64,000 nt of DNA. Source: Promethearchaeota archaeon (GTDB lineage: Archaea > Asgardarchaeota > Lokiarchaeia > Sigyniarchaeales > SOKP01). Each line of letters begins with the position of its first letter. Position 1 is the first letter of the stretch. This document shows, one piece after another, positions 9,857-19,850 of the stretch. Position numbers and translations under genes: made by a program. Location of the stretch: assembly GCA_048938855.1 (NCBI GenBank), contig JBHLLT010000006.1:1-64000 (forward strand). Direction: 5' to 3'. The notes under the pieces are model-generated. The model did no database searches and was not told the DNA's origin. It saw nothing but the letters and a program-made list of their open reading frames with translations.

Positions 9857-11035
9857 CTAAAGGTCAACTGATTTTATTTTTGAGATAAAATCCTGAGTTG
9901 GTAATGATTTTGATAAAAACATATCTACAACATGGTTTTTAAACTCTGGATCTGTTTCTGCTAAAGCCAATAATTTATTTAGATTCTCTCCCCTATTCTC
10001 ATAAAAGAATTTAACCATTGAACATTTTAATTTAAAGTTTCTAATCATTTTTTTGATTTCTGGGTGCTTTTTGTAATTTTTTAAATATGCTTTTGAATAA
10101 TTCTCCTCTTCTAAAGCTTTAATTGCTACTTCAGCTGCTGAATTCCCAGATATTATTGAGGTATGAATTCCTTCACCACTTATAGGGGAGACAAAACCTC
10201 CAGTATCTCCAATTAACATTACATTATCATCATATAAGCTTTTTTCCAAAACTCCTTTAGCGGGAAAAGGATAAGCCCCAGTCCAAATAGTTTTATAGTC
10301 TGTTTGTAACAAATATTTTTTTATATGTGGATTTTTAAAAAATTCATTATAAAGAATAGATAAATTATAATTGGTATTATCTTCAGCAAATGTTGTTACA
10401 CCGATGTTAAACCTTTTGTTTCCTAATGGAAAAATCCATCCATACCCTTTGTATGGTCTAAAATAAGTATAAATAAATTCCTCGTCTAGTTGATTATTAC
10501 CTTCCATTATTGAACATTTAGCAAGTCCTAATTCTTCAGTTTTCCATTTTGATCTCAATCCTGATTTTAGCGCTAATTTAGAACTCATCCCATCAGCCAC
10601 AATCAAGATTCTTCCATAGTATTCTTTAGTTTCTGATTTAGTTTTTGTTTTTATTCCGATTTTTTTATTATCCTTTATGATAAAATCTACAGATAAATTA
10701 TTATTAAAAAGATCAACTCCTTCATCAATAGCAGTATTTCTCATCAAATTATCAAATTCTAATCTATCAATTACTGTACCATATTTTTGACCTCTAATCC
10801 GATATTCTAACTTATGGTAATCTGCTGAATGCATAACAATTCCTTTTATTTTAGGGATATTTAATTTCTTTAATTTTGGAACTAAAGAAAAAGCTCTATG
10901 ATGCACTCCTCCACCACATGGTTTTCGCCAATCTATATCTTTTTCTAAGAGAGCAACTTTAAATCCCTTCTTAACTAAAACTTCTGCGCATTTTGATCCT
11001 GAGGGTCCAGCACCTGAAATTATCACATCATACAT
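9857..11035 (-). CDS. Geranylgeranyl reductase family FAD-dependent oxidoreductase
   Basis: GAGPSG, KPCGGG, DRLEFD, ADG, GYGWIFP, GDTGGFVSPISGEGI. Confidence 0.92.
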   Translation of the reverse strand: MYDVIISGAGPSGSKCAEVLVKKGFKVALLEKDIDWRKPCGGGVHHRAFSLVPKLKKLNIPKIKGIVMHSADYHKLEYRIRGQKYGTVIDRLEFDNLMRNTAIDEGVDLFNNNLSVDFIIKDNKKIGIKTKTKSETKEYYGRILIVADGMSSKLALKSGLRSKWKTEELGLAKCSIMEGNNQLDEEFIYTYFRPYKGYGWIFPLGNKRFNIGVTTFAEDNTNYNLSILYNEFFKNPHIKKYLLQTDYKTIWTGAYPFPAKGVLEKSLYDDNVMLIGDTGGFVSPISGEGIHTSIISGNSAAEVAIKALEEENYSKAYLKNYKKHPEIKKMIRNFKLKCSMVKFFYENRGENLNKLLALAETDPEFKNHVVDMFLSKSLPTQDFISKIKSVDL

Positions 11036-11419
11036 TATTAGATGTTAAAATAATCTCTTAATTTTTAAAAATTTACTTTAATTGAATTTATATATAACAA
11101 TTCAGTAATAGAAAAAGTGATACTCTGAAATTTAATAATATTCCTGTCGTATATTATAAAAATGTTATTCAGAATCTTATTGTATTAAAAATTTGGTTTT
11201 AAGAAAAAGGTTAAGGTTATTTTGTGTTTAAAGTAAATTTAGAGGAAAAATTTTCAATCATTAATTTTTGTAATATAATTTTTTTTAGAATATTGTCTAT
11301 CGTTTAATTTATCATTATCTCCATTTTCGTTGTAATTAGATAATAGATGAATATGACCATGGTAAATTACAATTTTAAATTTATCATTAGAAATATTCTC
11401 AGATTCGGGCATGAGATAT

Positions 11420-12136
11420 TTATGAAATTATTTTATTTTTGTTTAGGATCCAACTATCTATACTAAATTTTTGTGGTATATCCTTAACATTTTCGAAACC
11501 AGAACGAATTTTTGATTTCGGTATCCAAATTTCTGCGTTATTTCCAAATTGAATAAGTAGAGCTTTATTTGTTTCTTTTTTAATAGAACCACTAACACTT
11601 TTTACTTTTCTTTGTTTTTCATTGACTTCTTCAATAAAATCCTCATCCTCATCCTTGCTAGTTTCCTTGATTATTTCTTCTTGTATAATGATACTATTCA
11701 ATTTATCAGATCCTTTTTTTTTAGTAGGAGAAACAATAGTTGCAAATTCTATTTTTTCTTTAAGGATATGCTTCATAAGCATGGTTAAAATAGTAAATTG
11801 GGGATATTCTAACACTTTTGAATAAGAACCTATATGAATCCAAAATTTAGTTTTTTCTACATTTTCCCATTTGAATGATATCTGAGTTTGACTTTCTTTA
11901 AAACTATGGTAACCAGACCATGAATTTACTTCTTTATTTAATACTTGCAGTATGCATATAATTTCTTCTAGCGAAAATTTAATTATTTTACCCTCTCCAC
12001 TACTAGGTTTTTCCCAAGATCCATCATTCTTGCGTTTTATTAATCTAAAAAACAAATGAGGTTCACCTTTTAAAGCACTTTGGACAATCAGCCCTACTTT
12101 TTGACCAAAAAAACTATAATTATGATTATCAACCAT
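11420..12136 (-). CDS. Hypothetical protein, possible Whirly/PC4-like N-domain plus small C-terminal beta domain
   Basis: Intact ORF; two-domain layout with an acidic linker; 'ETNKALLI...EIWIPKSKI' C-terminal motif. Confidence 0.6.
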   Translation of the reverse strand: MVDNHNYSFFGQKVGLIVQSALKGEPHLFFRLIKRKNDGSWEKPSSGEGKIIKFSLEEIICILQVLNKEVNSWSGYHSFKESQTQISFKWENVEKTKFWIHIGSYSKVLEYPQFTILTMLMKHILKEKIEFATIVSPTKKKGSDKLNSIIIQEEIIKETSKDEDEDFIEEVNEKQRKVKSVSGSIKKETNKALLIQFGNNAEIWIPKSKIRSGFENVKDIPQKFSIDSWILNKNKIIS

Positions 12137-12254
12137 AAATCTATCATTATTTGTATATTTTTAAAGAAAAACAGAGTAGAAGTTTAGTATTTTTGTCGAA
12201 GAAGAAGTAAATACTTCGCTTAAATTTTTTACATTTGTAAGATTATATGCTTTT

Positions 12255-13085
12255 ATGGGAAATCAAACAGTTAAAAAGTCTGAAAAGGATGTTATAGCAT
12301 CTACTCCGCAACCAAATACAATAACTACCTTAAAAACAGATTTTGAAACCCTAGGAGTTAAACCAGGTTCAATAATAATAATGCACAGCTCATTAAGTAA
12401 GATTGGTTGGACAGTTGGTGGACCTGTTGCGGTTATAGAAGCAATACTCCAAATTCTTACCCCAGAAGGTACTTTAATTATGCCTACTTTTTCTGGTGAT
12501 AATTCTGATCCCTCTTATTGGGAGAACCCTCCTGTACCGGAAAGTTGGTGGGAAATAATTCGTAATGAAATGCCTGCCTATCACCCTAAAATCACACCCA
12601 CGAGAGGAATGGGAGTAGTTGTAAATACATTTAGAAATTGGCCTAATGTGATTCGTAGCAATCATCCGATATCCTCATTTGCTGTATGGGGAAAACACGC
12701 AGAGTTTATCACAAATAACCATGAATTACTAGCAGATTTGGGTGAAAACTCTCCATTAGCTCGTATTTATGATCTCGACGGCTTAATATTATTAGTAGGA
12801 GTTACTCATGAAAATAATTCATCTCTACATTTAGGGGAATTTCGAAGTGATTATGCAAATAAAAGAAAAAGATTAACGGGATCAGCAATATATGTAAAAA
12901 ATGAGAGACAATGGATTGAATGGGAAGAATTAAACATAAATAGTGATGATTTTGAACAATTAGGATCAGAATTTGAGTCAAAAATCAACTATGCTCCTGG
13001 TAAAGTAGGATTAGCTGAAGCGAGATTATTATCACAAAAAGAAATGGTTGATTTCGCTGTTGAGTGGTTTAAAAAAAATCGTTAA
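12255..13085 (+). CDS. AAC(3)/YokD family N-acetyltransferase
   Basis: HSSLSKIG, GTLIMPTF, RSNHP, SSLHLGE. Confidence 0.92.
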   Translation: MGNQTVKKSEKDVIASTPQPNTITTLKTDFETLGVKPGSIIIMHSSLSKIGWTVGGPVAVIEAILQILTPEGTLIMPTFSGDNSDPSYWENPPVPESWWEIIRNEMPAYHPKITPTRGMGVVVNTFRNWPNVIRSNHPISSFAVWGKHAEFITNNHELLADLGENSPLARIYDLDGLILLVGVTHENNSSLHLGEFRSDYANKRKRLTGSAIYVKNERQWIEWEELNINSDDFEQLGSEFESKINYAPGKVGLAEARLLSQKEMVDFAVEWFKKNR

Positions 13086-13124
13086 GTTTTAAGTATTACC
13101 CCAAATTTAAGAAAAGTGTAAAAT

Positions 13125-13283
13125 ATGCGAAATAATTGTCTTTCAGGTCCAAAATATTGCCCCAGATGTGGGAAAGAATTGGATACATACGATATCTCAT
13201 GTAAATTTTGTGGTACAAGCCTGATTCCATATCAAAATGAAGATAGACAAAGAAAGACTAGTAAAAAGAAGAAAATTACATAA
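13125..13283 (+). CDS. Small zinc-ribbon protein (52 aa) missed by the ORF track
   Basis: MRNNCLSGPKYCPRCGKELDTYDISCKFCGTSLIPYQNEDRQRKTSKKKKIT. Confidence 0.65.
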   Translation: MRNNCLSGPKYCPRCGKELDTYDISCKFCGTSLIPYQNEDRQRKTSKKKKIT

Positions 13284-13290
13284 AAATTTA

Positions 13291-14082
13291 ATGGATATGT
13301 TTGGAAAAGAGGAAATAAGACGCCTACAAGAGAGATTAATGAATGTTTGGCCCGCTGACCATTATTATTTTCTAAATGGGTGGATTTTACGTTTTACTAA
13401 TGGCATAACGGCTCGTGCGAATTCAGTTTTTCCTTTATATTATACCGGAGATTTGGATACTATCGATCAAGATATTGAATATGTTGAAAAAGCCTATAAT
13501 TCCTACAAATTACCCTCGATATTTACAATACCAGAATTTTTTGAACCCGATAATTTAGATATCAAATTATTAGAACATGGATACCAACAATTAGGTTGTA
13601 CAACTCATACGATGATTTGCTCAATATCAGACTTAAAAAATAAAAAAATAAATGAAAAATTTACATACTTTATCAAATCAGAACGATTAAAAGAATGCTC
13701 ACAATTCTTAGCAGAATATTCCCATAGAAACCAAGAGGCTCAAAATGTCCTAGAGGCATTATCAAAAAGAATTATTATTCCCCAAAAACGGTTTATCATT
13801 GCTAAAGATGAAAATAAAGTCATAGGAACCCTTGCAGGTATCCTTGATCCTCATGGTTTTTTATATATAGTTGATGTGTTAGTGCATCCAGATTTTCGCC
13901 GTCAAAAAATAGCAACTTCCATGTTTTTTAGTTTAATTAGTAATCGGGGAATTATGAATGATATTCAAACAGTATGGCTACAAGTTGAAACTGATAATTA
14001 CAAAGCCATGAATTTATATTTGAATCTTGGGTTCAAAAAAGCTTACAGTTATTATTATCTTGAAAAAACTATGAAAATGTAG
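13291..14082 (+). CDS. GNAT family N-acetyltransferase
   Basis: 'GWILRFTNGITARANSV', 'VHPDFRRQKIA', 'LQVETDNYKAMNLYLNLGF'. Start is probably 13291 or 13297 (track 13237). Confidence 0.9.
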   Translation: MDMFGKEEIRRLQERLMNVWPADHYYFLNGWILRFTNGITARANSVFPLYYTGDLDTIDQDIEYVEKAYNSYKLPSIFTIPEFFEPDNLDIKLLEHGYQQLGCTTHTMICSISDLKNKKINEKFTYFIKSERLKECSQFLAEYSHRNQEAQNVLEALSKRIIIPQKRFIIAKDENKVIGTLAGILDPHGFLYIVDVLVHPDFRRQKIATSMFFSLISNRGIMNDIQTVWLQVETDNYKAMNLYLNLGFKKAYSYYYLEKTMKM

Positions 14083-14113
14083 TTTTTAATTCTAATCTAA
14101 ACTTTAAATTCTT

Positions 14114-15001
14114 TTACGGGTAAGATTGAGTGCCATAAGAATATTTTTCTTCTAAAGCTATTGAACCACTTAAAAAACCAGACTCAATAAGACATAATAA
14201 TTCATTAATTTCTGGATATCTCTTATAAAGATCATCAATAATACTCTCGAAATAAATAAAAAATTTACCGTAAGGAATTTTATAACAAATAAACTCTTTA
14301 TAATTTAAATGAAGGATTAGAAAACGTGCAAATTTAACTCGTAATCTCTCATCTAAAGTATTGATGATGCTATAAATTAAGTTTAAATTATATTTCAAAT
14401 CGATAAAGGTTATTAAATCGATTAAATCATTTATCTTTTTATAATTAGTAGCCGCAGATATCATTAATTCCTTTAAATTATTAACAATTATCTGAGAGAA
14501 TTTTATTTTAATGTTGTCTAAAACTATTCTTAATTCTTCTGTATTTAGATAAGATAAAAATTCATTATAGAGCAAAAATTTTATTACAGTAATGTTTTTA
14601 CTCTCAAATCTTTTTGCTATTTCCTCTTTAAAAATCTTCCTTGCGTTAAGATCTCCTGCTTTTGTAAGTTCTCTTAAGAGTGGAAATGATAAATTACTAT
14701 GAAGTAGTGAACTATTGTAATTATCTTCATGCCATGCTTGAAGATTTGAACAATGAGCCCAAAATATCACTTCTGGAGTAAAATTCTCAAATTTAGCTTC
14801 TATAGATTCAGAAGAGCTACCTAATAATTCTACTGCATCATCTACTGAACTAATTTCGCTACTAATGTCTAAATTCTCAACAGGAATGTTCAATAAGATA
14901 TATTTACATTGTCTAAATAATTTGTTATTAACATAGATATTAGTTTTACTATCTTCAAGTCTCAAGTCGAGGAACTTGTTGATTCTAAATTTTTGCATCA
15001 A
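14114..15001 (-). CDS. Lokiarchaeal expanded-family protein (domain usually fused to LRRs), here without LRRs
   Basis: 'LRLEDSKTNIYV...FRQCKYILLNIP...FWAHCSNLQAW...LLHSNLSFPLL...FKEEIAKRF'. Confidence 0.7.
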   Translation of the reverse strand: MMQKFRINKFLDLRLEDSKTNIYVNNKLFRQCKYILLNIPVENLDISSEISSVDDAVELLGSSSESIEAKFENFTPEVIFWAHCSNLQAWHEDNYNSSLLHSNLSFPLLRELTKAGDLNARKIFKEEIAKRFESKNITVIKFLLYNEFLSYLNTEELRIVLDNIKIKFSQIIVNNLKELMISAATNYKKINDLIDLITFIDLKYNLNLIYSIINTLDERLRVKFARFLILHLNYKEFICYKIPYGKFFIYFESIIDDLYKRYPEINELLCLIESGFLSGSIALEEKYSYGTQSYP

Positions 15002-15292
15002 GAATTATGAGTAAAACTTCTGATATATTCTTTGTCTTCAAAAATAATAAATTTATTGCTAAATAAAATTAGAAATTTTTGTATTGGAAGCTCAATTATT
15101 CTTATAAATCGCAAATGCCTTACTGTTAAATGAGATTTTATCTAAAAGTTCTCTGATTTTCTCTAAAAGCTTATTTTACATTTAAGTAAATGAACTAATC
15201 AGCTATTACCAAAGCTTTTTTATATTCTACTATTACGTAAATCATATTTTAGCGTACTTTTTTAAATTAAAAAAAAAATAGAAATTATTGAA

Positions 15293-15799
15293 ATGAAAAA
15301 AACTGTAAAACTTGTTGTTTCTGGAGATGGTGGTGTTGGAAAAACCTCCTTTCTCAATCGACTAATTCATGACAAATTCAATAATAACAATGAATTAACC
15401 AAGGGTGTTGAGTTTTTTTCTAAAACACTTGCTATAAACGGACATGATTATAATTTTGTACTTTGGGATTTTGCAGGGCAACATCAATTTCAAGAATTAT
15501 TGAATGATTTTGTCGATGGATCAGTCGCAGCATTTGTTTTATTTGATTTATCACGACTTAGTACACTAGAAGGATTAGAAGATTGGATTGAAAAATTGAC
15601 CCGAAATGATATCTCTGTTTTCATACTAGGCACTAAATGTGACACAATCAATCTTGATGATTGTAAAATTTTTGACGATTATATTTTAAACATTATAAGA
15701 AAATACAACAATATTGTAGGATATTTAAAAATATCCTCAAAAACGGGGCATAATATAAAGAATGCATTTGATTCTTTATTAAAAAAAATACCCAATTAA
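15293..15799 (+). CDS. Rab-like small GTPase
   Basis: GDGGVGKT, WDFAGQ, TKCD, SSK. Confidence 0.9.
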   Translation: MKKTVKLVVSGDGGVGKTSFLNRLIHDKFNNNNELTKGVEFFSKTLAINGHDYNFVLWDFAGQHQFQELLNDFVDGSVAAFVLFDLSRLSTLEGLEDWIEKLTRNDISVFILGTKCDTINLDDCKIFDDYILNIIRKYNNIVGYLKISSKTGHNIKNAFDSLLKKIPN

Positions 15800-15815
15800 G
15801 ATAAATAGATAGAAA

Positions 15816-16853
15816 TTAGATTTTAACCATCCATCCAAAAGTATCTTCAATTTCTAACCTTTGAATACCGGTCAGTAATTTATACATTTTGGATGTAATT
15901 TCACCAGGTTCTCGATTATTAAATATTCTCGATTTTCCCTCAATATTTACTGATGCAATTGGAGTAATAACTGCTGCTGTACCACTACAAAATACTTCAG
16001 TACATGAATCTTTATATAATTCTTTATAAGATATATCTCTTTCCTCAACCTCTAAATCCAGTATTTTTGATGCAAGAGTCAAGATAGATTCTCTTGTAAT
16101 TCCTTCTAAAATTGTTCCTGTTTTCCTTGGAGTGACAAGTTTACCATCAATCATTCCGAAAAAATTAGCAGCTCCAACCTCTTCGATATACTCAAGCTGT
16201 ACTGCATCTAAATAAAGAATTTGAGCAAAACCTCTTTCTTGTGATTCTTTAGCCGGTAACATAGTCCCAGCATAATTACATATTGTTTTTGCTGAACCAG
16301 TTCCTCCAGGAGCCGCTCTAGTATATTTTTTTGATATTTCCAAATCAATTCCTTTAAATCCTTCAGGAAAATAAGGACCAACAGGGACAACAAAAATAAT
16401 AAATTTAAACTCTAATGCTGAATGTACTCCAAGAATTGGACCATAACCAAATAATAAAGGTCGAATATATAAAGCGCCGTTACTGTTATATGGGGGAATA
16501 TATTCTTCATTTTCTTTTACTACCTTTTTTACAGCATCAATAAATTTATTAGTATCATAGTCAGGCATTAACATCCTTCTGGCACTGAAATTAAATCTTT
16601 TTGCATTTTCCTCTGGTCTAAAGAGAGTTATTTCTCCGTTTTTAGCCCTTAAAGCTTTCATTCCTTCAAAAATACCTTGCCCATAATTTAACACACATGA
16701 TGCTGGCGAAATTTCAATGTTACCAAATGGGATTAATTTACCGTTATCCCACTTCCCTTTTTTATGTGTTGCCATGAACATAGTTTTTGTTTCAATAAAA
16801 TTGAAACCTAAAGAATAGAAATCAATATCCTCTGGTGCTACCATATCTTTCAA
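15816..16853 (-). CDS. ilvE: Branched-chain amino acid aminotransferase
   Basis: YGQGIFEGMKA, LFRPEEN, YIRP, KTICNY, EEVGAAN, ILEGITR, GTAA. Confidence 0.95.
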   Translation of the reverse strand: MKDMVAPEDIDFYSLGFNFIETKTMFMATHKKGKWDNGKLIPFGNIEISPASCVLNYGQGIFEGMKALRAKNGEITLFRPEENAKRFNFSARRMLMPDYDTNKFIDAVKKVVKENEEYIPPYNSNGALYIRPLLFGYGPILGVHSALEFKFIIFVVPVGPYFPEGFKGIDLEISKKYTRAAPGGTGSAKTICNYAGTMLPAKESQERGFAQILYLDAVQLEYIEEVGAANFFGMIDGKLVTPRKTGTILEGITRESILTLASKILDLEVEERDISYKELYKDSCTEVFCSGTAAVITPIASVNIEGKSRIFNNREPGEITSKMYKLLTGIQRLEIEDTFGWMVKI

Positions 16854-17090
16854 TTTGTTTTTTTTTCTTAGTAGGTTTAATATATGAAGCTTGTATTAAA
16901 AAATCTTATCAAAAAAAATTGAATAAAATAAGATTTAAAGCAAAATAACATGTCAAATATGTTTTTCGAGGGACTTAATTTCCCAAAATCAAAAAAACAC
17001 ACATTAGAGAAGATATATAATGAAAATTTTTCATAGTTTCACAATCAAATTACCATAAAATTTATGAAAAGGAAATAGTTATTTGAACAT

Positions 17091-17975
17091 ATGTCCTTAC
17101 AAAAAGTCACAGTAAAAGATATTATTGAAAAGAAAAAAAAAGGCGAAAAAATAGTTACCATCACTTCTTATGACTACTCGTTTGCCAAAATTGTTGATGA
17201 TACTGGTATTGATCTTATACTTGTAGGAGATACGCTTTCAATGGTAATGCTTGGATATAAGAATACATTATCAGTAACTATGGATGAAATGATTCATCAT
17301 ACTAAAGCGGTGAGCCGAGGAGTATCAAATGCATTACTTGTTGGAGATATGCCTTTTCTTTCATATAAAATTAATATCACTGATGCCGTTAAAAATGCTG
17401 GAAGATTCATACAAGAGGGTGGTGCTGAAGCTGTCAAAGTTGAAGGAGGAACAGAAATTTGTCCTACGATTAAAGCAATGATTAATGCAGATATTCAAGT
17501 TATGGGGCATATTGGTCTCACTCCCCAAGCAATTTATGAGTTTGGAGGTTATTTAGTTCAAGGGAAAACAACAGAAGAAGCAAAAAGATTAATATTAGAT
17601 GCAAAAAATTTAGAAGAAGCAGGTGTTTTCTCAATTGTTTTAGAAGGTATTCCTTGGCAATTAGCAAAAATAATTACAAGAAGCGTTGACGTTCCAACTA
17701 TAGGTATTGGAGCTGGAGTGTATTGTGATGGGCAGATTTTAGTGATTCATGACATGCTGGGTATCTTTACAGAATTTAAACCTAAATTTGTTAAATACTT
17801 TGGTAACATAGGAGAATCTATTCGCCTCGCTTTAAATAATTATAAAGATGAAGTTTTAAATAGTGTATACCCAGATAGAGAACATTCATATGAATTTCCT
17901 CAAAAAGAACTAACCAAGATTAATGAATGGATTGAAGGCATTGACATTTGTGAAGAAGCTCGTAAATTAATTTAG
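17091..17975 (+). CDS. panB: 3-methyl-2-oxobutanoate hydroxymethyltransferase
   Basis: [42 protein letters not shown]. Confidence 0.96.
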   Translation: MSLQKVTVKDIIEKKKKGEKIVTITSYDYSFAKIVDDTGIDLILVGDTLSMVMLGYKNTLSVTMDEMIHHTKAVSRGVSNALLVGDMPFLSYKINITDAVKNAGRFIQEGGAEAVKVEGGTEICPTIKAMINADIQVMGHIGLTPQAIYEFGGYLVQGKTTEEAKRLILDAKNLEEAGVFSIVLEGIPWQLAKIITRSVDVPTIGIGAGVYCDGQILVIHDMLGIFTEFKPKFVKYFGNIGESIRLALNNYKDEVLNSVYPDREHSYEFPQKELTKINEWIEGIDICEEARKLI

Positions 17976-18168
17976 ATCTACCATTTATTTTCTTAATTTA
18001 AAAATACATATTATTGCGATATCTTACTTAGTTATTAGTGAAATAACGTAATTTCTTTTTTTTAAATAAAATTATAAATTTGTATTTATAGTTATAATAT
18101 ATAATAGCTTGAACATTCTAGAATATACTAGATATTTATTTTATTGATAGGTAAAGTGGGAACATTTA

Positions 18169-19776
18169 ATGGCCGAAGAATATGATTATCTTTTTAAGTC
18201 AATCGTTGTAGGAGATGGTGGTGTAGGGAAAACAGCGTTAACCCTCAGATTTAGTAAAGGTTTTTTTACAGAAGATTACAAGATGACAATTGGTGTAGAT
18301 TTTCATGTAAAAACAATATCTATTGACTCTGTTGAAGGACCAATACGTGCAAAACTCCAAATCTGGGACACTGGTGGTCAAGAGCGTTTTAGTTCAATTA
18401 GACCTATGTATTATAGAGGATCTTTAGGTGCATTACTAATCTTTGATCTTACAAATTCTGCTAGTTTTGTGCACTTACCACAATGGATTGAAGAAGTTAG
18501 AGCAAATGTAAAAATTGAAATTCCTTTATTACTTGTTGGGAATAAAAGTGATTTAGTTGATCAAAGAGCCGTTTCTCTAGAAGAAATCAACACTTTCACA
18601 AGTGATTTTAATCTATACTATATGGAAACCTCAGCGAAGACAGGGGAGGGAGTAGGTGATTGTTTTTACATTTTAGCATGTCTAATGATTGGTTCAGGTG
18701 TCCCTGATCAATTGATCTCAAGGGGAATCGTATTCAACCCTGGTCAAGTTCCAACCACTGCTATAGGAGCTAGTCCAACTCCAATGCAACAATTGGAGCC
18801 TGAATTTGATTTTGCAGCACCTCCTGTTCCAGAACCGGAAACAACCCAAACAAATGAGTCTATCCCATCATTTGAACCAGAACCGGAATATGAATTTGAA
18901 GCACCACCAGTACCTGAGCCAGTATTCGAGCCTGAATTCGAACCTGAAATTCCCTTACCTGAGTCTCAATCCATTGAACCCCCAAGTCAAGTGGTTGAAT
19001 TTGAATTTAAAACTCCCGATGAAATATTATCAACACTAGATTCAGAAGAATCACAAATATCAACTACACCGCCCATCAATATTACGAGAGGAGAAGATTC
19101 ATACAAACCAAAGGCAATCCCTTTTTCGGATAATGTTCCAGTTCCGGCTCCTGCACCGGAAGGATTCCAACCTCAATCAGCATCAGCTCCTATTGAGAAT
19201 TCTTCTTCAAACATTAATACGTTCTTTCCAACTCAACAAGCAAATAAAACTAAATCGGATTCCTTAATGGATTATTTACCTGAACCTATGTATTCAAAAA
19301 AAGATAAGAAGAAAGCAGAAAAACAGAAAAAGAAAGACGAGAAAGAGAAGAAACTCAGAGAAGAACAAGAAAAACAAGAAAGAATGTTAGAAGAAATGAA
19401 GAGAACCAAGAAAGAAAAGAAGCAAAAAACAAAGAAAGAAAAGAAAACGAAACCTGAGAAGATACAGGAAAAACCTACTCCAACACCAGAAACAGCTACA
19501 GCTCCATCGCTCTTTCAAACATTATCTCAAAAATCTGAACCTGAAAAGACCTCAGTGGCAACATTTATGCCGTTTATAGCAAAAGAAGAACCAGTAGCTC
19601 AAGAAACCAGCAAATTACGGATTATTCCAAATGTTTCAAACATCGAAAGTACACCTCAATCTGTTCAAGCAAAACAAGCGAAACCAGCTGGAAAAGAAAT
19701 CCTTATTTGTAAACAGTGCGGTGCTATATTGTCAAGTGATTATCAATTCTGCAATAAATGTGGATCACAACTTTAA
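18169..19776 (+). CDS. Rab-like GTPase with long Pro/Glu-rich disordered tail, Lys/Glu-rich helix and C-terminal zinc ribbon
   Basis: YDYLFK, GDGGVGKT, TIGVDF, KLQIWDTGGQERF, YYRG, NKSD, SAK; C-terminus CKQC...CNKC. Confidence 0.9.
   Translation: MAEEYDYLFKSIVVGDGGVGKTALTLRFSKGFFTEDYKMTIGVDFHVKTISIDSVEGPIRAKLQIWDTGGQERFSSIRPMYYRGSLGALLIFDLTNSASFVHLPQWIEEVRANVKIEIPLLLVGNKSDLVDQRAVSLEEINTFTSDFNLYYMETSAKTGEGVGDCFYILACLMIGSGVPDQLISRGIVFNPGQVPTTAIGASPTPMQQLEPEFDFAAPPVPEPETTQTNESIPSFEPEPEYEFEAPPVPEPVFEPEFEPEIPLPESQSIEPPSQVVEFEFKTPDEILSTLDSEESQISTTPPINITRGEDSYKPKAIPFSDNVPVPAPAPEGFQPQSASAPIENSSSNINTFFPTQQANKTKSDSLMDYLPEPMYSKKDKKKAEKQKKKDEKEKKLREEQEKQERMLEEMKRTKKEKKQKTKKEKKTKPEKIQEKPTPTPETATAPSLFQTLSQKSEPEKTSVATFMPFIAKEEPVAQETSKLRIIPNVSNIESTPQSVQAKQAKPAGKEILICKQCGAILSSDYQFCNKCGSQL
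18796..18921 (+). repeat. Intragenic imperfect repeat EPE[FY][DE]FxAPPVPEP (2 copies)
   Basis: EPEFDFAAPPVPEP at 18796 and EPEYEFEAPPVPEP at 18880. Confidence 0.7.
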
Positions 19777-19850
19777 ATGTAGAATTTAATATCTTTACAC
19801 TTTTTATTATAAAAACCGTAATTTAAATTCATTATTATTTTTCAAGTACT

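Noticed and set aside
12204-12217. GAAGTA-AA-TACTTC palindrome between divergent genes
   Set aside because: Only 6-bp arms and a single copy; expected by chance
12255-13085. Aminoglycoside resistance island
   Set aside because: YokD/AAC(3)-like genes are common chromosomal genes; no mobile-element context
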